Positions 46,278-57,332 of a DNA stretch of 64,000 nucleotides are shown in pieces. Made by a program: the position numbers and the translations under genes. The notes below the pieces were generated by a model. It saw only the letters and a list, made by a program, of their open reading frames with translations. It did not search any database and had not been told where the DNA came from. The stretch comes from Candidatus Lightella neohaematopini (lineage in GTDB: Bacteria > Pseudomonadota > Gammaproteobacteria > Enterobacterales > Enterobacteriaceae): NCBI GenBank assembly GCA_025728345.1, contig JAOBJT010000002.1, positions 41,075 to 105,074 on the forward strand, written 5' to 3'. The stretch's first letter is position 1, and every line of letters begins with the position of its first letter.

Positions 46278-48545
46278 TTAAATTTTACAAGCACCACTAT
46301 CACAATCATTATTATTTGTTAATGTTTGATTTAAAATATTTATATTATTATCACGTGTATTTTGATAGTATAAAGTTTTTATTCCTAATTTATAAGAAAT
46401 TAATAAATCTTTTATTAATTGTTGCATAGGTATTTTACCAGATGAAAATTTACTAGGATCATAATTAGTATTAGTAGAAATTGATTGATCAATAAATTTC
46501 TGCATAATACTAACTAATTTTAAATAACCATAATTATTAGGTAAATTCCATAATAATTCATAGAAGTTATGTAATTTAATTGCTTCAGGTATAACCTGTT
46601 TTAGTATACCATCTTTTGATGCTTTAATTGTAATGAAACCCCTTGGTGGCTCTATACCATTTGTAGCATTTGAAATTTGTGAAGAAGTTTCAGATGGCAT
46701 AATAGCAGACAAGGAAGAATTTCTTAAACCGTATTTTTTAATGTTTTTACGTAATTCTTCCCAGTTGTAATATAATGGTTCATTAACTATACTATCAACA
46801 TCCTTCTTATAAGTATCTATAGGTAAAATACCATTATAATAATTTGTTTCATTAAACCAAGAACACATACCTTTTTCTTTTGCTAAATCACAAGATGCTT
46901 TTAATAAAAAATATTGTATAGCTTCAAATGTACGATGTGTTAATTTATTAGCGCTACCATCAGAATAGCGAACGCCATTTTTTGCTAAATAATATGCAAA
47001 ATTAATTACTCCAATACCTAATGATCTTCTATTTATAGTACTAATTTTTGCTGCAGGAATTAGATAATGTTGATAATCTATTAACTCATCTAATGCACGA
47101 ACAATTAACACTGATAATTCACTAAAGTCATTTAAATCTTGTATTTCTCCTAAATTAAATGCTGATAAAGTACATAATGCTACTTCACCATTATTATCAT
47201 ATATATCTTCTAATGGTTTAGTTGGTAAAACTATTTCTAGACATAAATTAGATTGTTTAATCGGAGCAACTTTTGGATTAAATGAACTATGAGTATTACA
47301 ATGATCAACATGCTGTATATATATTCTACCAGTAGATGTTCTTTCTTTCATCATTAAAGAAAATAATTCTCTAGCTTTAATACAGCCATGACGAATTTTT
47401 TTATTTTTCTCATACTCCTCATATAAATATTTAAATTTTTTTTGATCAGAAAAAAATGCATTATATAAATCTGGTACATCAGAAGGACTAAATAAAGTTA
47501 TGTACTTATCATCAATTAATCTTTGATACATTAGTTTATTTAATTGTACACCGTAATCTATATGTCTTACTCTATTAGTTTCAATACCTCTGTTATTCTT
47601 TAAAACTAGTAAGTTTTCTATTTCTAAATGCCAAATAGGATAAAAAATAGTAGCAGCTCCACCTCTTACACCACCTTGTGAACAGGACTTAACTGCTGTT
47701 TGAAAATGTTTATAAAATGGTATACAACCAGTATGAAATGTTTCTCCTCCTCTAATAGGACTACCTACAGCTCTTATTCGACCAGCATTTATACCTATAC
47801 CAGCTCTTTGTGATATATATTTCATAATAATACTAGATGTTGCATTAATTGAATTAATACTATCATTACATTCAATTAGTACGCATGAACTAAATTGTTT
47901 TGTTGGTGTACGAACACCTGACATAATAGGGGTAGGTAAAGAAATTTTAAATGTAGATATTGCATCATAAAATTTTTTTATATAATCTAAGCGATTTTTT
48001 TTATTGTAATTAGAAAACAAACAAGCAGCTATAAGAATATATAAAAATTGTGCACTTTCATATATTTTTCCAGTAACTCTATTTTGTACTAAATATTTGT
48101 TTTCTAATTGTTTTATTGCTACATAAGAAAAGTTCATATCACGATAATGATCTATAAAATTATTCATATGTTCAAATTCATTAATATCATAATAATCAAT
48201 AATTTTTTTATCATATTTACCTAAATTAATTAAATTTATAACATGATCATATAATTTAGGTGGATTAAATTTACCATATGCTTTTTTTCTTAAGTTAAAC
48301 ATTACTAATCTTGCTGCTAAATACTGATAATCAGGATATTTATAAGATATTAAATCAGCAGTTACTTTTGTTAAAATTTCGTGAATATCAATAGTTTTTA
48401 TGCCATTATACAATTGTGTATAAGAATAGTGCTCTATTTTTTTTATTGAAATATTATTTAATCCAATAGATGCTCTATTAATAACTCGTTTAATTTTATT
48501 AAAGTTAATAAGTTCTTTATCACCATTTCGTTTAATTACTAACAT
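46278..48545 (-). CDS. nrdA: class Ia ribonucleotide reductase alpha
   Basis: 755 aa. N-terminal ATP-cone (VIKRNGDKELINFNKI), QFSSCVLIE, catalytic NLCLEI, PSETSSQISNATNGIEPP, C-terminal CDSGACKI. Confidence 0.97.
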   Translation of the reverse strand: MLVIKRNGDKELINFNKIKRVINRASIGLNNISIKKIEHYSYTQLYNGIKTIDIHEILTKVTADLISYKYPDYQYLAARLVMFNLRKKAYGKFNPPKLYDHVINLINLGKYDKKIIDYYDINEFEHMNNFIDHYRDMNFSYVAIKQLENKYLVQNRVTGKIYESAQFLYILIAACLFSNYNKKNRLDYIKKFYDAISTFKISLPTPIMSGVRTPTKQFSSCVLIECNDSINSINATSSIIMKYISQRAGIGINAGRIRAVGSPIRGGETFHTGCIPFYKHFQTAVKSCSQGGVRGGAATIFYPIWHLEIENLLVLKNNRGIETNRVRHIDYGVQLNKLMYQRLIDDKYITLFSPSDVPDLYNAFFSDQKKFKYLYEEYEKNKKIRHGCIKARELFSLMMKERTSTGRIYIQHVDHCNTHSSFNPKVAPIKQSNLCLEIVLPTKPLEDIYDNNGEVALCTLSAFNLGEIQDLNDFSELSVLIVRALDELIDYQHYLIPAAKISTINRRSLGIGVINFAYYLAKNGVRYSDGSANKLTHRTFEAIQYFLLKASCDLAKEKGMCSWFNETNYYNGILPIDTYKKDVDSIVNEPLYYNWEELRKNIKKYGLRNSSLSAIMPSETSSQISNATNGIEPPRGFITIKASKDGILKQVIPEAIKLHNFYELLWNLPNNYGYLKLVSIMQKFIDQSISTNTNYDPSKFSSGKIPMQQLIKDLLISYKLGIKTLYYQNTRDNNINILNQTLTNNNDCDSGACKI

Positions 48546-48620
48546 AATATAATTAATTACATAAATTATTTAATAATTTTAATATTTTAATAAATTGTTA
48601 ATTACTTAAGTAGATAAGAA

Positions 48621-49328
48621 TTAATATTGACGTATAGTATAAACTATATAATTAACGTTAATATTTTTCGACAAATAAAAATTTCTAGTTAATGGATTAT
48701 ATTTTATTCCTATAATTCCTTTTTCATATAATGTTGTTTTATCTATCCAACTAAGTAATTCAGATGGTTTAATTAATTTATTAAAATTATGTGTACCCTT
48801 AGGTATGAAACTTAATATGTTTTCTGCTATTAGAATTGAAAGTAACCAAGATTTAAAATTACGATTTATTGTAGAAAAAAATACTTTTCCTCCAGGTTTA
48901 ACTAATTGAGCACATTGATTAATTAATTTAATTGGTTGATTTATATGTTCTAATACTTCCATACAAGTAATAATATCATACATATTTTTATGACTACTAG
49001 TATGTTCTTCAATAGTTTGTTGAATATAGTTTATTTTTAATTTATTAATACCCATATGAGATTTAGCTATATTAATTAGTTTACTACTAATATCTATACC
49101 AGTAACATTTGCGCCTTCTAATGCCATACTTTCTGACAAAATACCACCACCACATCCAACATCTAGTATATTTTTATTATTTAAATCATCTACATTCATT
49201 ATAATATAATGTAAACGTACAGGATTAATTTTATGTAATAATTTAAAATTACCATTGATATTCCACCAATCATCAATATTATAATTAAATGTATTTGTAT
49301 TTTTATAATTTCTATAATTATTAATCAT
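48621..49328 (-). CDS. ubiG: ubiquinone biosynthesis O-methyltransferase
   Basis: 235 aa. WWNINGNFKLLHKINPVRL, SAM motif ILDVGCGGGILSESMA, DIITCMEVLEHI, GGKVFFSTINRN. Divergent from gyrA as in E. coli. Confidence 0.92.
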   Translation of the reverse strand: MINNYRNYKNTNTFNYNIDDWWNINGNFKLLHKINPVRLHYIIMNVDDLNNKNILDVGCGGGILSESMALEGANVTGIDISSKLINIAKSHMGINKLKINYIQQTIEEHTSSHKNMYDIITCMEVLEHINQPIKLINQCAQLVKPGGKVFFSTINRNFKSWLLSILIAENILSFIPKGTHNFNKLIKPSELLSWIDKTTLYEKGIIGIKYNPLTRNFYLSKNINVNYIVYTIRQY

Positions 49329-49463
49329 ATAAAATTATTAAACTAATATTTTTAAATGTAATTTTTATAAAATTAATATAACATATTATATTTAATTTTT
49401 AATATAATATTTATATTAAAATAAATATCAATAATTAATATTAAGATATTAAGGATTATATTT

Positions 49464-51950
49464 ATGTCAAATTCTAATAATAAACTTATAAAAATTAATA
49501 TTGAAGAAGAACTAAAAAATTCTTATTTAAATTATGCTATGTCGGTTATTATTAGTAGAGCTTTACCAGACGCTAGAGATGGATTGAAACCAGTACATCG
49601 TAGAATATTATTTGCTATGTATAAGTTAAATAATATATATAATAAACCGTATAAAAAATCTGCTCGTATTGTTGGTGATGTAATTGGTAAATATCATCCT
49701 CATGGTGATATTGCTGTGTATGATACTATAGTACGTATGGCACAGTCATTTTCACTTCGTTATTTATTAATAGATGGACAAGGTAATTTTGGATCAATAG
49801 ATGGTGATTCAGCAGCAGCTATGAGATATACTGAAGTTCGTATGACTAAATTAGCTAATGAATTACTAACTGATATAGAAAAGGATACTGTTAATTTTAT
49901 ATATAATTATGATAACACAGAAAAACTTCCTGAAGTTATGCCAACTAGAATACCTAATCTATTAATTAATGGGTCCTCAGGCATAGCTGTTGGTATGGCA
50001 ACTAATATTCCACCTCATAATATTTCTGAAGTAATTAATGGATGTTTAGCTTATATTAACAATGAAAATATTTCTAATGAAGATTTAATACAGTATATTC
50101 CCGGACCAGATTTTCCTACAGCTGGCATTATTAATGGGAAACAAGGTATTATTAATGCATATCGTACTGGTAGAGGAATTATATATATTAAAGCAAAAAC
50201 TAATATAGAATTAGATAGTAAAACTGGTAGAGAAAATATAGTTATATATGAAATACCTTATCAAGTTAATAAAACTCGTTTAATTGAAAAAATTACTGAA
50301 TTAGTAAAAGAAAAAAAAATAGATGGTATTAATAATTTACGTGATGAATCTGATAAAGATGGTATGCGTATAGTAATTGAGGTAAAAAGGGATAATAGTG
50401 GTCAAATAGTATTAAATAATTTATATTCTTTAACTCAATTACAAACATCATTTGGTATTAATATGGTTGCTTTGTATCAAGGTAAACCAAAAATAATGTC
50501 TTTAAAGGACATGATATCTATTTTTATAGATCATAGACGTGAAATTATTACTAGACGAATAAATTTTGAATTACAGCAAGCTTATAATACAATTAATTTT
50601 TTGGAAGCAATGATTATAGTAGTATTTAACGTTAACTTAATTATTGATATTATCAAAAAATCCAATACTAGTAGTGATGCAGTTAATACTTTAATTAATA
50701 AATCATGGCAATGTAGTTTTTTCGTTGAAAAAAATATTAATAACAATGAATATGTTTTAACTAAAAAACAAGCTAAGTATATATTAGACTTACGTTTAAG
50801 TAGATTAACTAAATTAGAAAAGACAAGATTAGTTAATGATTATGATAAAACGTTATTGTTAATAAATAATTTATGTAGTATAAAAAAAGATCCAAAGAAA
50901 CTAATGTTGGTTATTACTAATGAATTAAACGAAATAAAAAAACAATATGATGATAAAAGAAGAACTGTAATTTTAGATAACATAATAAGTATGAAAACTG
51001 AAGATTTTATAAATCAGGAAGATGTTTTAGTTACTTTATCTTATTATGGTTATGTAAAATATCAACCATTAACTGATTATTCTACAAATAAAAGAGGTGG
51101 TAAAGGAAAATTAGCTACTATTATAAAAGAAAAAGATTTTATTAGTTGTCTATTAGTTGCTAATACTCATGATACAATACTGTTATTTTCTAGTACAGGA
51201 AGAGTATATTATATGAAAGTTTATCAATTACCAGAATTTAGTAGTGATTCTAGAGGTAGACCAATAGTTAATTTATTACCATTAGAATTAAATGAACGAA
51301 TAACTACTATTTTACCATTAAAAGAATATAATTATGAGTATTATGTATTAATGGCAACTGCTAATGGAATAGTTAAAAAAACTATGTTAAAAGAATTTAG
51401 TAATTTACGAAGCACAGGAATAATAGCAATAAACTTAAATCATGGTGATGAATTAATAGGAGTAAATTTAACTAATGGTAATAATGATGTAATGTTATTT
51501 TCATCTTATGGTAAAGTTGTTAGATTTCCAGAAACTCAAGTTAGAAATATAGGAAGATCTACTATAGGTGTAAAAGGTATTAGTCTATCTAAAAATGACA
51601 AAGTAGTTTCATTAATAATACCTAGTGGTAATGGGGCGATATTAACTGTTACTCAAAATGGTTATGGAAAACGTACAAATCAAATTGAATACCCTACTAA
51701 ATCTAGAGCTACTAAAGGAGTTATATCAATTAAAGTAAATTCAAGAAATGGTAAAGTTATAGGTGCTGTACAAGTTAATAATGAAGATCAAATTATTATG
51801 ATTACTAGTAATGGTAAATTATCACGTACCCGCGTTTCTGAAGTTAGTATTATTAGTCGTAATACTCAAGGAGTTGTATTAACAAGAGTTAAACAAAATG
51901 AAACACTAGTTAAATTACAGCGTATAGAAAATGTAATATTAAAAAATTAA
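49464..51950 (+). CDS. gyrA: DNA gyrase subunit A
   Basis: 828 aa. [68 protein letters not shown] (QRDR), [11 protein letters not shown] (active-site Tyr), then C-terminal beta-pinwheel repeats. Confidence 0.97.
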   Translation: MSNSNNKLIKINIEEELKNSYLNYAMSVIISRALPDARDGLKPVHRRILFAMYKLNNIYNKPYKKSARIVGDVIGKYHPHGDIAVYDTIVRMAQSFSLRYLLIDGQGNFGSIDGDSAAAMRYTEVRMTKLANELLTDIEKDTVNFIYNYDNTEKLPEVMPTRIPNLLINGSSGIAVGMATNIPPHNISEVINGCLAYINNENISNEDLIQYIPGPDFPTAGIINGKQGIINAYRTGRGIIYIKAKTNIELDSKTGRENIVIYEIPYQVNKTRLIEKITELVKEKKIDGINNLRDESDKDGMRIVIEVKRDNSGQIVLNNLYSLTQLQTSFGINMVALYQGKPKIMSLKDMISIFIDHRREIITRRINFELQQAYNTINFLEAMIIVVFNVNLIIDIIKKSNTSSDAVNTLINKSWQCSFFVEKNINNNEYVLTKKQAKYILDLRLSRLTKLEKTRLVNDYDKTLLLINNLCSIKKDPKKLMLVITNELNEIKKQYDDKRRTVILDNIISMKTEDFINQEDVLVTLSYYGYVKYQPLTDYSTNKRGGKGKLATIIKEKDFISCLLVANTHDTILLFSSTGRVYYMKVYQLPEFSSDSRGRPIVNLLPLELNERITTILPLKEYNYEYYVLMATANGIVKKTMLKEFSNLRSTGIIAINLNHGDELIGVNLTNGNNDVMLFSSYGKVVRFPETQVRNIGRSTIGVKGISLSKNDKVVSLIIPSGNGAILTVTQNGYGKRTNQIEYPTKSRATKGVISIKVNSRNGKVIGAVQVNNEDQIIMITSNGKLSRTRVSEVSIISRNTQGVVLTRVKQNETLVKLQRIENVILKN

Positions 51951-51957
51951 TGGTATT

Positions 51958-52248
51958 TTATTGAATTTCGTAAAAATCTATATGTATTACTAATCTTTTA
52001 AAAGGATGTAATTGTAAACTTTTTATTTTTACTTTATATTGTTTATCATTAAAATTTAAAAATAATACCGTATGGTTTTTGAAATTAATATTATCCAAAA
52101 AATTTAAAAAATCGTTATGATTTAGTTGAATTAGAATCAATTTATAATTGATATCACGTACAATAGCTGGAATTTTATTTAATCTTCTTAATTTTTTATT
52201 ACTAATCTTACCAGTAGTTAATCTAGCTTCAACATTTATTTTAAACAT
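51958..52248 (-). CDS. rplY: 50S ribosomal protein L25
   Basis: 96 aa. MFKINVEAR...KLRRLNKIPAIV...VKIKSLQLHPFKRLVIHIDFYEI is colinear with E. coli L25 (MFTINAEVR...RLRAANKFPAII...[23 protein letters not shown]). Confidence 0.88.
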   Translation of the reverse strand: MFKINVEARLTTGKISNKKLRRLNKIPAIVRDINYKLILIQLNHNDFLNFLDNINFKNHTVLFLNFNDKQYKVKIKSLQLHPFKRLVIHIDFYEIQ

Positions 52249-52316
52249 ATTAACAAAACAATATTAAATAATAATATTATTATTTCTTAAAAGTATAATC
52301 TATTTATTTTAAATAA

Positions 52317-52934
52317 TTAATTATTTAATCTATTATTTGCTTCGTCCCAGTTAATAATATACCAAAATGATTTAATATAATCTATGCGACGATTTTGATA
52401 TTTTAAATAATAAGAATGTTCCCACAAATCAATACCAAATATTGGATAACCATAAACTTCTACTATAGATTTACCCATAATAGGATTATCCTGATTGCTA
52501 GTAGAACTAATCTTTAACTTATTATCATTTGTTTTTATTAACCAAGTCCATCCAGATCCAAAACAAGATAATGCAGAACTTTCAAAGTTTTCCTTAAAAT
52601 TATTAATACTTCCAAAATTATGTTCTATCATATCTTTTATTTTACCATTAATTATTGTTCCTTGCTTTAAACCATACCAAAATAACAAATGATTATAATG
52701 ACCACCAATATTATTTTTTAATTCTGTTCTTTTATTTGATGGTATACTATCAATATTTTTTAATAAATCCTCTAAAGAATAATCATTAAATTCTGGTAAA
52801 TTAGCTAAAATTTTATTAGCATTATCAACATAGTTTTTGTGGTGCTTATTATAATGAATATTTATGGTATTTTGATCTATAAATGGTTCCATAGCATCGT
52901 AATCATAAGGTAACAGTGGTAATCTAATATTCAT
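52317..52934 (-). CDS. sodA: Mn-type superoxide dismutase
   Basis: 205 aa. LPLLPYDYDAMEPFID, IHYNKHHKNYV, GGHYNHLLFW, FGSGWTWL, GIDLWEHSYYLKYQNRRIDYIKSFWYIINWDEA. Block-by-block closer to E. coli SodA than to SodB. Confidence 0.93.
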   Translation of the reverse strand: MNIRLPLLPYDYDAMEPFIDQNTINIHYNKHHKNYVDNANKILANLPEFNDYSLEDLLKNIDSIPSNKRTELKNNIGGHYNHLLFWYGLKQGTIINGKIKDMIEHNFGSINNFKENFESSALSCFGSGWTWLIKTNDNKLKISSTSNQDNPIMGKSIVEVYGYPIFGIDLWEHSYYLKYQNRRIDYIKSFWYIINWDEANNRLNN

Positions 52935-53028
52935 ATTAACCTCTATAATTTAGTTTAGTAAAAAAATAAAAACTAGTATAATAAAATTACTTATTATAAT
53001 ACAAATAAATAGTGAATTCTATTAATAA

Positions 53029-53391
53029 CTAATTTATTTTTAAATTAATAAAATTTATATTAATAGTTTTTTTTAAATTAATAGTATTAATACTATTATA
53101 ATAATTTATTTTTACTATTTCTTTTACTATATTTTGCCATATAAAAGATAAAAACTTATAATTAATATAAGGAGCTTTTAATTTTATTACGTTTTCTTGT
53201 TTACATCTTAAATAATTAAGATAAGTTAATTTATTCAACTGCTTGTATTTATTATTAATTATATCAATATTTGATTTTAATTTATCAATGTAATTAATAC
53301 TTATTATTAAATTATATTCGTCATTTAAAATAGTAGTAAATTTTGATAATTCTTTCAAAAGAATATTTAATATATTAGTTAATTTCTTCAT
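53029..53391 (-). CDS. hypothetical protein (weak FlgN-like pattern)
   Basis: Intact 120-aa ORF filling the sodA-marC gap, extremely N/I/K-rich. By hand it aligns loosely with E. coli FlgN (LTNILNILLKELSKFTTILNDEYNLI vs LSEILDQMTTVLNDLKTVMDAEQQQL; IWQNIVKE...N..N vs RWQAITEK...N..N). Coding status and family are both uncertain. Confidence 0.4.
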   Translation of the reverse strand: MKKLTNILNILLKELSKFTTILNDEYNLIISINYIDKLKSNIDIINNKYKQLNKLTYLNYLRCKQENVIKLKAPYINYKFLSFIWQNIVKEIVKINYYNSINTINLKKTININFINLKIN

Positions 53392-53426
53392 ATGTTAATT
53401 AATTTAAAAATAACTATTGTCTCTAT

Positions 53427-54089
53427 TTAAATACGATAATTATTAATTACTTCTATAATCCCATTTATTATAAATTGTACTCCCATGCAAACTAATAAAA
53501 ATCCAATTAGACGAGAAACAGCCTCTATACCATTACTACCAACTATATGCATAATAGCACTAGAGCTTCTTAATACTATCCATACTATAAAACTAATAGT
53601 GATAAATAATAATATTGGAGCTACTGTATTAACCCAAGGTGAAAAATAAACATTATCGTGAACTGTTGATACCCAACTAATAATCATAGCAATAGTACCA
53701 GGACCAGCTGTGCTAGGCATAGCTAATGGAACGAAAGCAATATTGCTAATCTTAGTGTTGCTTGACTTATTGTCATTTAATGATAAACTATACTCATCAT
53801 TTTGTATAGGAAATAACATACGAAATCCGATAAAAGAAATAATTAAACCTCCAGCTATACGTAATCCTGATATAGATATACTAAAAGTATTCATTACTGA
53901 TGTACCGGCATAAAAAGCCACTAACATTATGATAAATACATAAATTGAAGCCATCCTAGCTTGATAGTTACGTTCTTCTAATGTCATATTTTTACATAAT
54001 CCTAAAAATAAAGCTACAGTAGTTAAAGGATTAACTAAAGGTAACAATACCATTAAACCAAAACCAATTGCTTTAATTAATTCAAACAT
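53427..54089 (-). CDS. marC: MarC-family (UPF0056) inner membrane protein
   Basis: 220 aa. [99 protein letters not shown]. Near-colinear with E. coli MarC. Confidence 0.9.
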   Translation of the reverse strand: MFELIKAIGFGLMVLLPLVNPLTTVALFLGLCKNMTLEERNYQARMASIYVFIIMLVAFYAGTSVMNTFSISISGLRIAGGLIISFIGFRMLFPIQNDEYSLSLNDNKSSNTKISNIAFVPLAMPSTAGPGTIAMIISWVSTVHDNVYFSPWVNTVAPILLFITISFIVWIVLRSSSAIMHIVGSNGIEAVSRLIGFLLVCMGVQFIINGIIEVINNYRI

Positions 54090-54267
54090 ATACTTACCTA
54101 ACTATATAATTAATCTAATATTTAATTTAGCTTACTATAATAATACAATATTATTAATTATTGTATATCAATTTTTATTAAAATTAAATTAATAGTATTT
54201 TTTAAAGTAATAAAAGTTCAAAAAACTATTAATTAACTATTCTATAAAAACTAACATTATAAATAAC

Positions 54268-55776
54268 TTAAATCATTTTTTGTATATTATATATTAGCCA
54301 GTATAAAATACCAGATATTAATATAGAAATTGGTAATGTTAATAACCAAGTAATTAATATATTTTTAATTGTATTTAATTGTATTCCTTTGCCATCAGCT
54401 AACATAACTCCCATAATAGCTGACGATACTATGTGCGTAGTAGATACAGGCATTCCTGTGTAACTTGCTACCCCTATAGATAATGCTGCAGTTGTTTGGG
54501 TAATAAATCCATGTGCATATGTCATGTTACTTTTACCTATTCTTTCTCCTATAGTAACAGATACTCTTTTCCAACCAATCATAGTACCTAATGATAAAGC
54601 TACAGCAACAATAACAATAATCCATTCTGGAGCATATTCTATGTTATTTAGTAAAATAATCTTTATATTTAATAATAATTTTTTATCATAATTATCTATG
54701 TTAGATAACTTTATTAATTTACTAATACTATCAGTAATATTTATTAATAAATCATGCAGATAAAATCTTTGATTATTACTTAATTGATTGTAACTACTTA
54801 AATTACTTAGTAAACTATTAGCATATTCTATATGTTTCAGTATTATTGAATTACAATAAAATTTGTTTTCTTTACTAAAAGTAGTAAAATTTTTTTTATC
54901 TTTATTATAAATAGTATATAAATTATTACTTAAAATACATCTTTTATTATAAAAGTTTTTTAAATCTAAAATAGCATGTTTTGTATGTAAAATATCATAA
55001 TTATCAGCATTCATATTTAAAATAAAATTTACAGGAGTAATACTAATTAATATTAACATAATTAATCCTATACCTTTTTGACCATCATTAGCTCCATGAG
55101 AAAAACTAACTCCAGCAGAAGATAATACTAATATTAATTTTAACCATAGTGGTGGTCTTTTATTTTTTAAAGAATATAATTTATTAAAACTATTAGGTGT
55201 TGAATATATAATTTTATATTTCCCTTGATTAGAAAAACAAATTTTTAGAATTATAATTAAACAAATAGATAATATAAAACCAATAAATGGTGAAATAACT
55301 AATGAGGCAAATATTTCTAATAGTTTTGGTATATTTAATGCTTCTAAAATAGAATGATTATTAATAATTGAATTAGTAATACTTACACCGATAATTGATC
55401 CAATTAAAGTATGTGAACTAGAAGCAGGTAATCCAAAATACCAAGTACTAATATTCCATATTATAGCTGATAATAACATAGAAAATAACATAATTAATCC
55501 ATGTATTGAATTAATACTAGTTAGTAACTCTATTGGTAACAAATGAACAATAGAATAAGCAACACTAAGTCCACTAAGCATTACACCATAAAAATTAAAT
55601 AAACCAGACATAACAACTGCTACTTTTACTTTTAATGCATTAGTATAAATAATTGTAGTTATTGCGTTTGCTGTATCATGAAAACCATTAATTATTTCAT
55701 ATATTAGAACAAGAATAAGTGCAATAATAGATACTATATAAATTGGTGATTCAATATTATTAATTATATGAAACAT
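54268..55776 (-). CDS. pitA: low-affinity inorganic phosphate transporter
   Basis: 502 aa. YEIINGFHDTANAITTIIYT, WYFGLPASSSHTLIGSIIG, SFSHGANDGQKGIGLIML, IEYAPEWIIV, YTGMPVSTTHIVSSAIMG. Colinear with E. coli PitA. Confidence 0.95.
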   Translation of the reverse strand: MFHIINNIESPIYIVSIIALILVLIYEIINGFHDTANAITTIIYTNALKVKVAVVMSGLFNFYGVMLSGLSVAYSIVHLLPIELLTSINSIHGLIMLFSMLLSAIIWNISTWYFGLPASSSHTLIGSIIGVSITNSIINNHSILEALNIPKLLEIFASLVISPFIGFILSICLIIILKICFSNQGKYKIIYSTPNSFNKLYSLKNKRPPLWLKLILVLSSAGVSFSHGANDGQKGIGLIMLILISITPVNFILNMNADNYDILHTKHAILDLKNFYNKRCILSNNLYTIYNKDKKNFTTFSKENKFYCNSIILKHIEYANSLLSNLSSYNQLSNNQRFYLHDLLINITDSISKLIKLSNIDNYDKKLLLNIKIILLNNIEYAPEWIIVIVAVALSLGTMIGWKRVSVTIGERIGKSNMTYAHGFITQTTAALSIGVASYTGMPVSTTHIVSSAIMGVMLADGKGIQLNTIKNILITWLLTLPISILISGILYWLIYNIQKMI

Positions 55777-56000
55777 ATATAATCAACACATTAAATATCA
55801 TTATTATGGTATAAATAGTTATTAATTAAAATTAATAAAAAATTAAATACAAACTAATTTTTAATTAAAAAATATATAACATCGTACTAAATAATATATC
55901 TAATATCAACTAATAATAAATTAGAAAATTATAATATCTAAATATAATATTAATGTTAATATAAACTTTAACACAATATGATTAGTAATTTAAATTATTA

Positions 56001-56024
56001 AACACGAATATTCCAATTCGTGTT
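56001..56024. repeat. perfect 9-bp inverted repeat (hairpin) in a long spacer
   Basis: AACACGAAT-ATTCCA-ATTCGTGTT: 9/9 complementary arms with a 6-nt loop. It is the only relatively G/C-containing palindrome I see in the 528-bp non-coding region. No flanking U-run on either strand, so it is not a canonical terminator. Confidence 0.6.
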
Positions 56025-56304
56025 AGTATTATAGTGTATATTAATTATTTCTAGTAACGAAATTAATAGTTACAATATTAAGGATTTATTATATTTAGAA
56101 TATAATATTATTAATCATAATTACTATTAATAATTGTTAGAGACTTTAAAGTAATATGATTATCTACTATAATAAAAAGTATCACTTATCTATTAATATA
56201 ATATTTTAATATTAAAAGCATAAATTATATAAAATATTTATAAACTTTATATGATAAATCTACTTAAAAAATTAATAATTTAATACCATCGGAGATATCA
56301 TAAA

Positions 56305-56625
56305 ATGAGTAGTAACAAACCAATTTATCGTATACAGTTTATTAATAATGGTAAAAATTATCAACTTTTTGTTCGAGAATTAAACCAAAGTTCAATTTTT
56401 GGATTTATAGAAATAAGTAAGTTTGTTTTTAGTAAAAATAATAGTTTAGTTGTAGATCCTTCAGAAGAAAAATTAAAAACTGAATTTAGTGATGTTAATT
56501 TAAGTTATGTACCTATACAAGCAGTAATTCGTATTGATATAGTAACAGAAAATGGTAGTGCTCGTATATCTGAATTATCAGATAACGTTACTATATTTCC
56601 ATATTTATCTAAAAAAATAAAATAA
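56305..56625 (+). CDS. small conserved hypothetical protein (possibly the DUF1820-type family)
   Basis: 106-aa ORF with GGAG 10 nt upstream of the ATG. Its composition is far less N/I/K-biased than spurious ORFs here. PIYRIQFINNGKNYQLFVREL...IFGFIEISKFVF...LVVDPSEEKLKTEF..V..SYVPIQAVIRID resembles, from memory, a about 100-aa gammaproteobacterial family of unknown function. Not verified. Confidence 0.7.
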   Translation: MSSNKPIYRIQFINNGKNYQLFVRELNQSSIFGFIEISKFVFSKNNSLVVDPSEEKLKTEFSDVNLSYVPIQAVIRIDIVTENGSARISELSDNVTIFPYLSKKIK

Positions 56626-56662
56626 ATAGTTTAACTTAAAAATATTGTGATTATTTAGTTTT

Positions 56663-57223
56663 TTAACTATTTTTATAATATAATCTGTAAGCTACACTCT
56701 TAGTTAGTTTTTGCTTATACAATACCCATGTTATAGGTATTTCTATATTTGTTTGAATTTTAGATTCAATATAAATTAAAGAAAAATTAGGTAGTATATT
56801 TCTTTTATTTATTATATTAATAGCTTTATTAATTAAATTACTTTCAAATGGAGGATCGATAAATACTACATCAAATTTTTTATCGGTATTGTTTAGCCAT
56901 TTTAATGCATTAGTATAAATAATATTTACTAGCCTTATAGATAAATTAATTTTATTGTATAAAAGTTGCTTGAAAATAAATAAATTATTTTCTAATAAAG
57001 TTATATAATAAGCTCTACGAGATATAGCTTCAAAAGATAATATACCACTACCAGCAAAACAATCCAAACAATTAGCATTAATTATCATTTTATTCAACCA
57101 ATTAAATAAAATTTGTCTACTAATATTAGTAGTAGGTCTAACTAACGGATGATTAATTGTTTTAATTATACGACCTTTTAAGTATCCACCAGTAATGACT
57201 ATTTTATTTTTTTTAATTTTCAT
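56663..57223 (-). CDS. rsmD: 16S rRNA (guanine966-N2)-methyltransferase
   Basis: 186 aa. ITGGYLKGRII, VRPTTNISRQILFNWL, CLDCFAGSGILSFEAISR, VFIDPPF, SVAYRLY. Divergent from ftsY as in E. coli. Confidence 0.9.
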   Translation of the reverse strand: MKIKKNKIVITGGYLKGRIIKTINHPLVRPTTNISRQILFNWLNKMIINANCLDCFAGSGILSFEAISRRAYYITLLENNLFIFKQLLYNKINLSIRLVNIIYTNALKWLNNTDKKFDVVFIDPPFESNLINKAINIINKRNILPNFSLIYIESKIQTNIEIPITWVLYKQKLTKSVAYRLYYKNS

Positions 57224-57332
57224 ATTTTGTTTACTAAAACTATGTGTTATTTTAGAATAATATTGTTTGTTATCATTGTAATAATTTATTGATTATTTAA
57301 TAAATATAATTTTGACATAGGTATTAGTATAT

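Noticed and set aside
57300-57332. TTGACA hexamer just upstream of ftsY as a promoter -35 box.
   Set aside because: It lies only about 16 nt from the ATG, with no properly spaced -10 hexamer before the start codon. Chance occurrence is likely in this composition.
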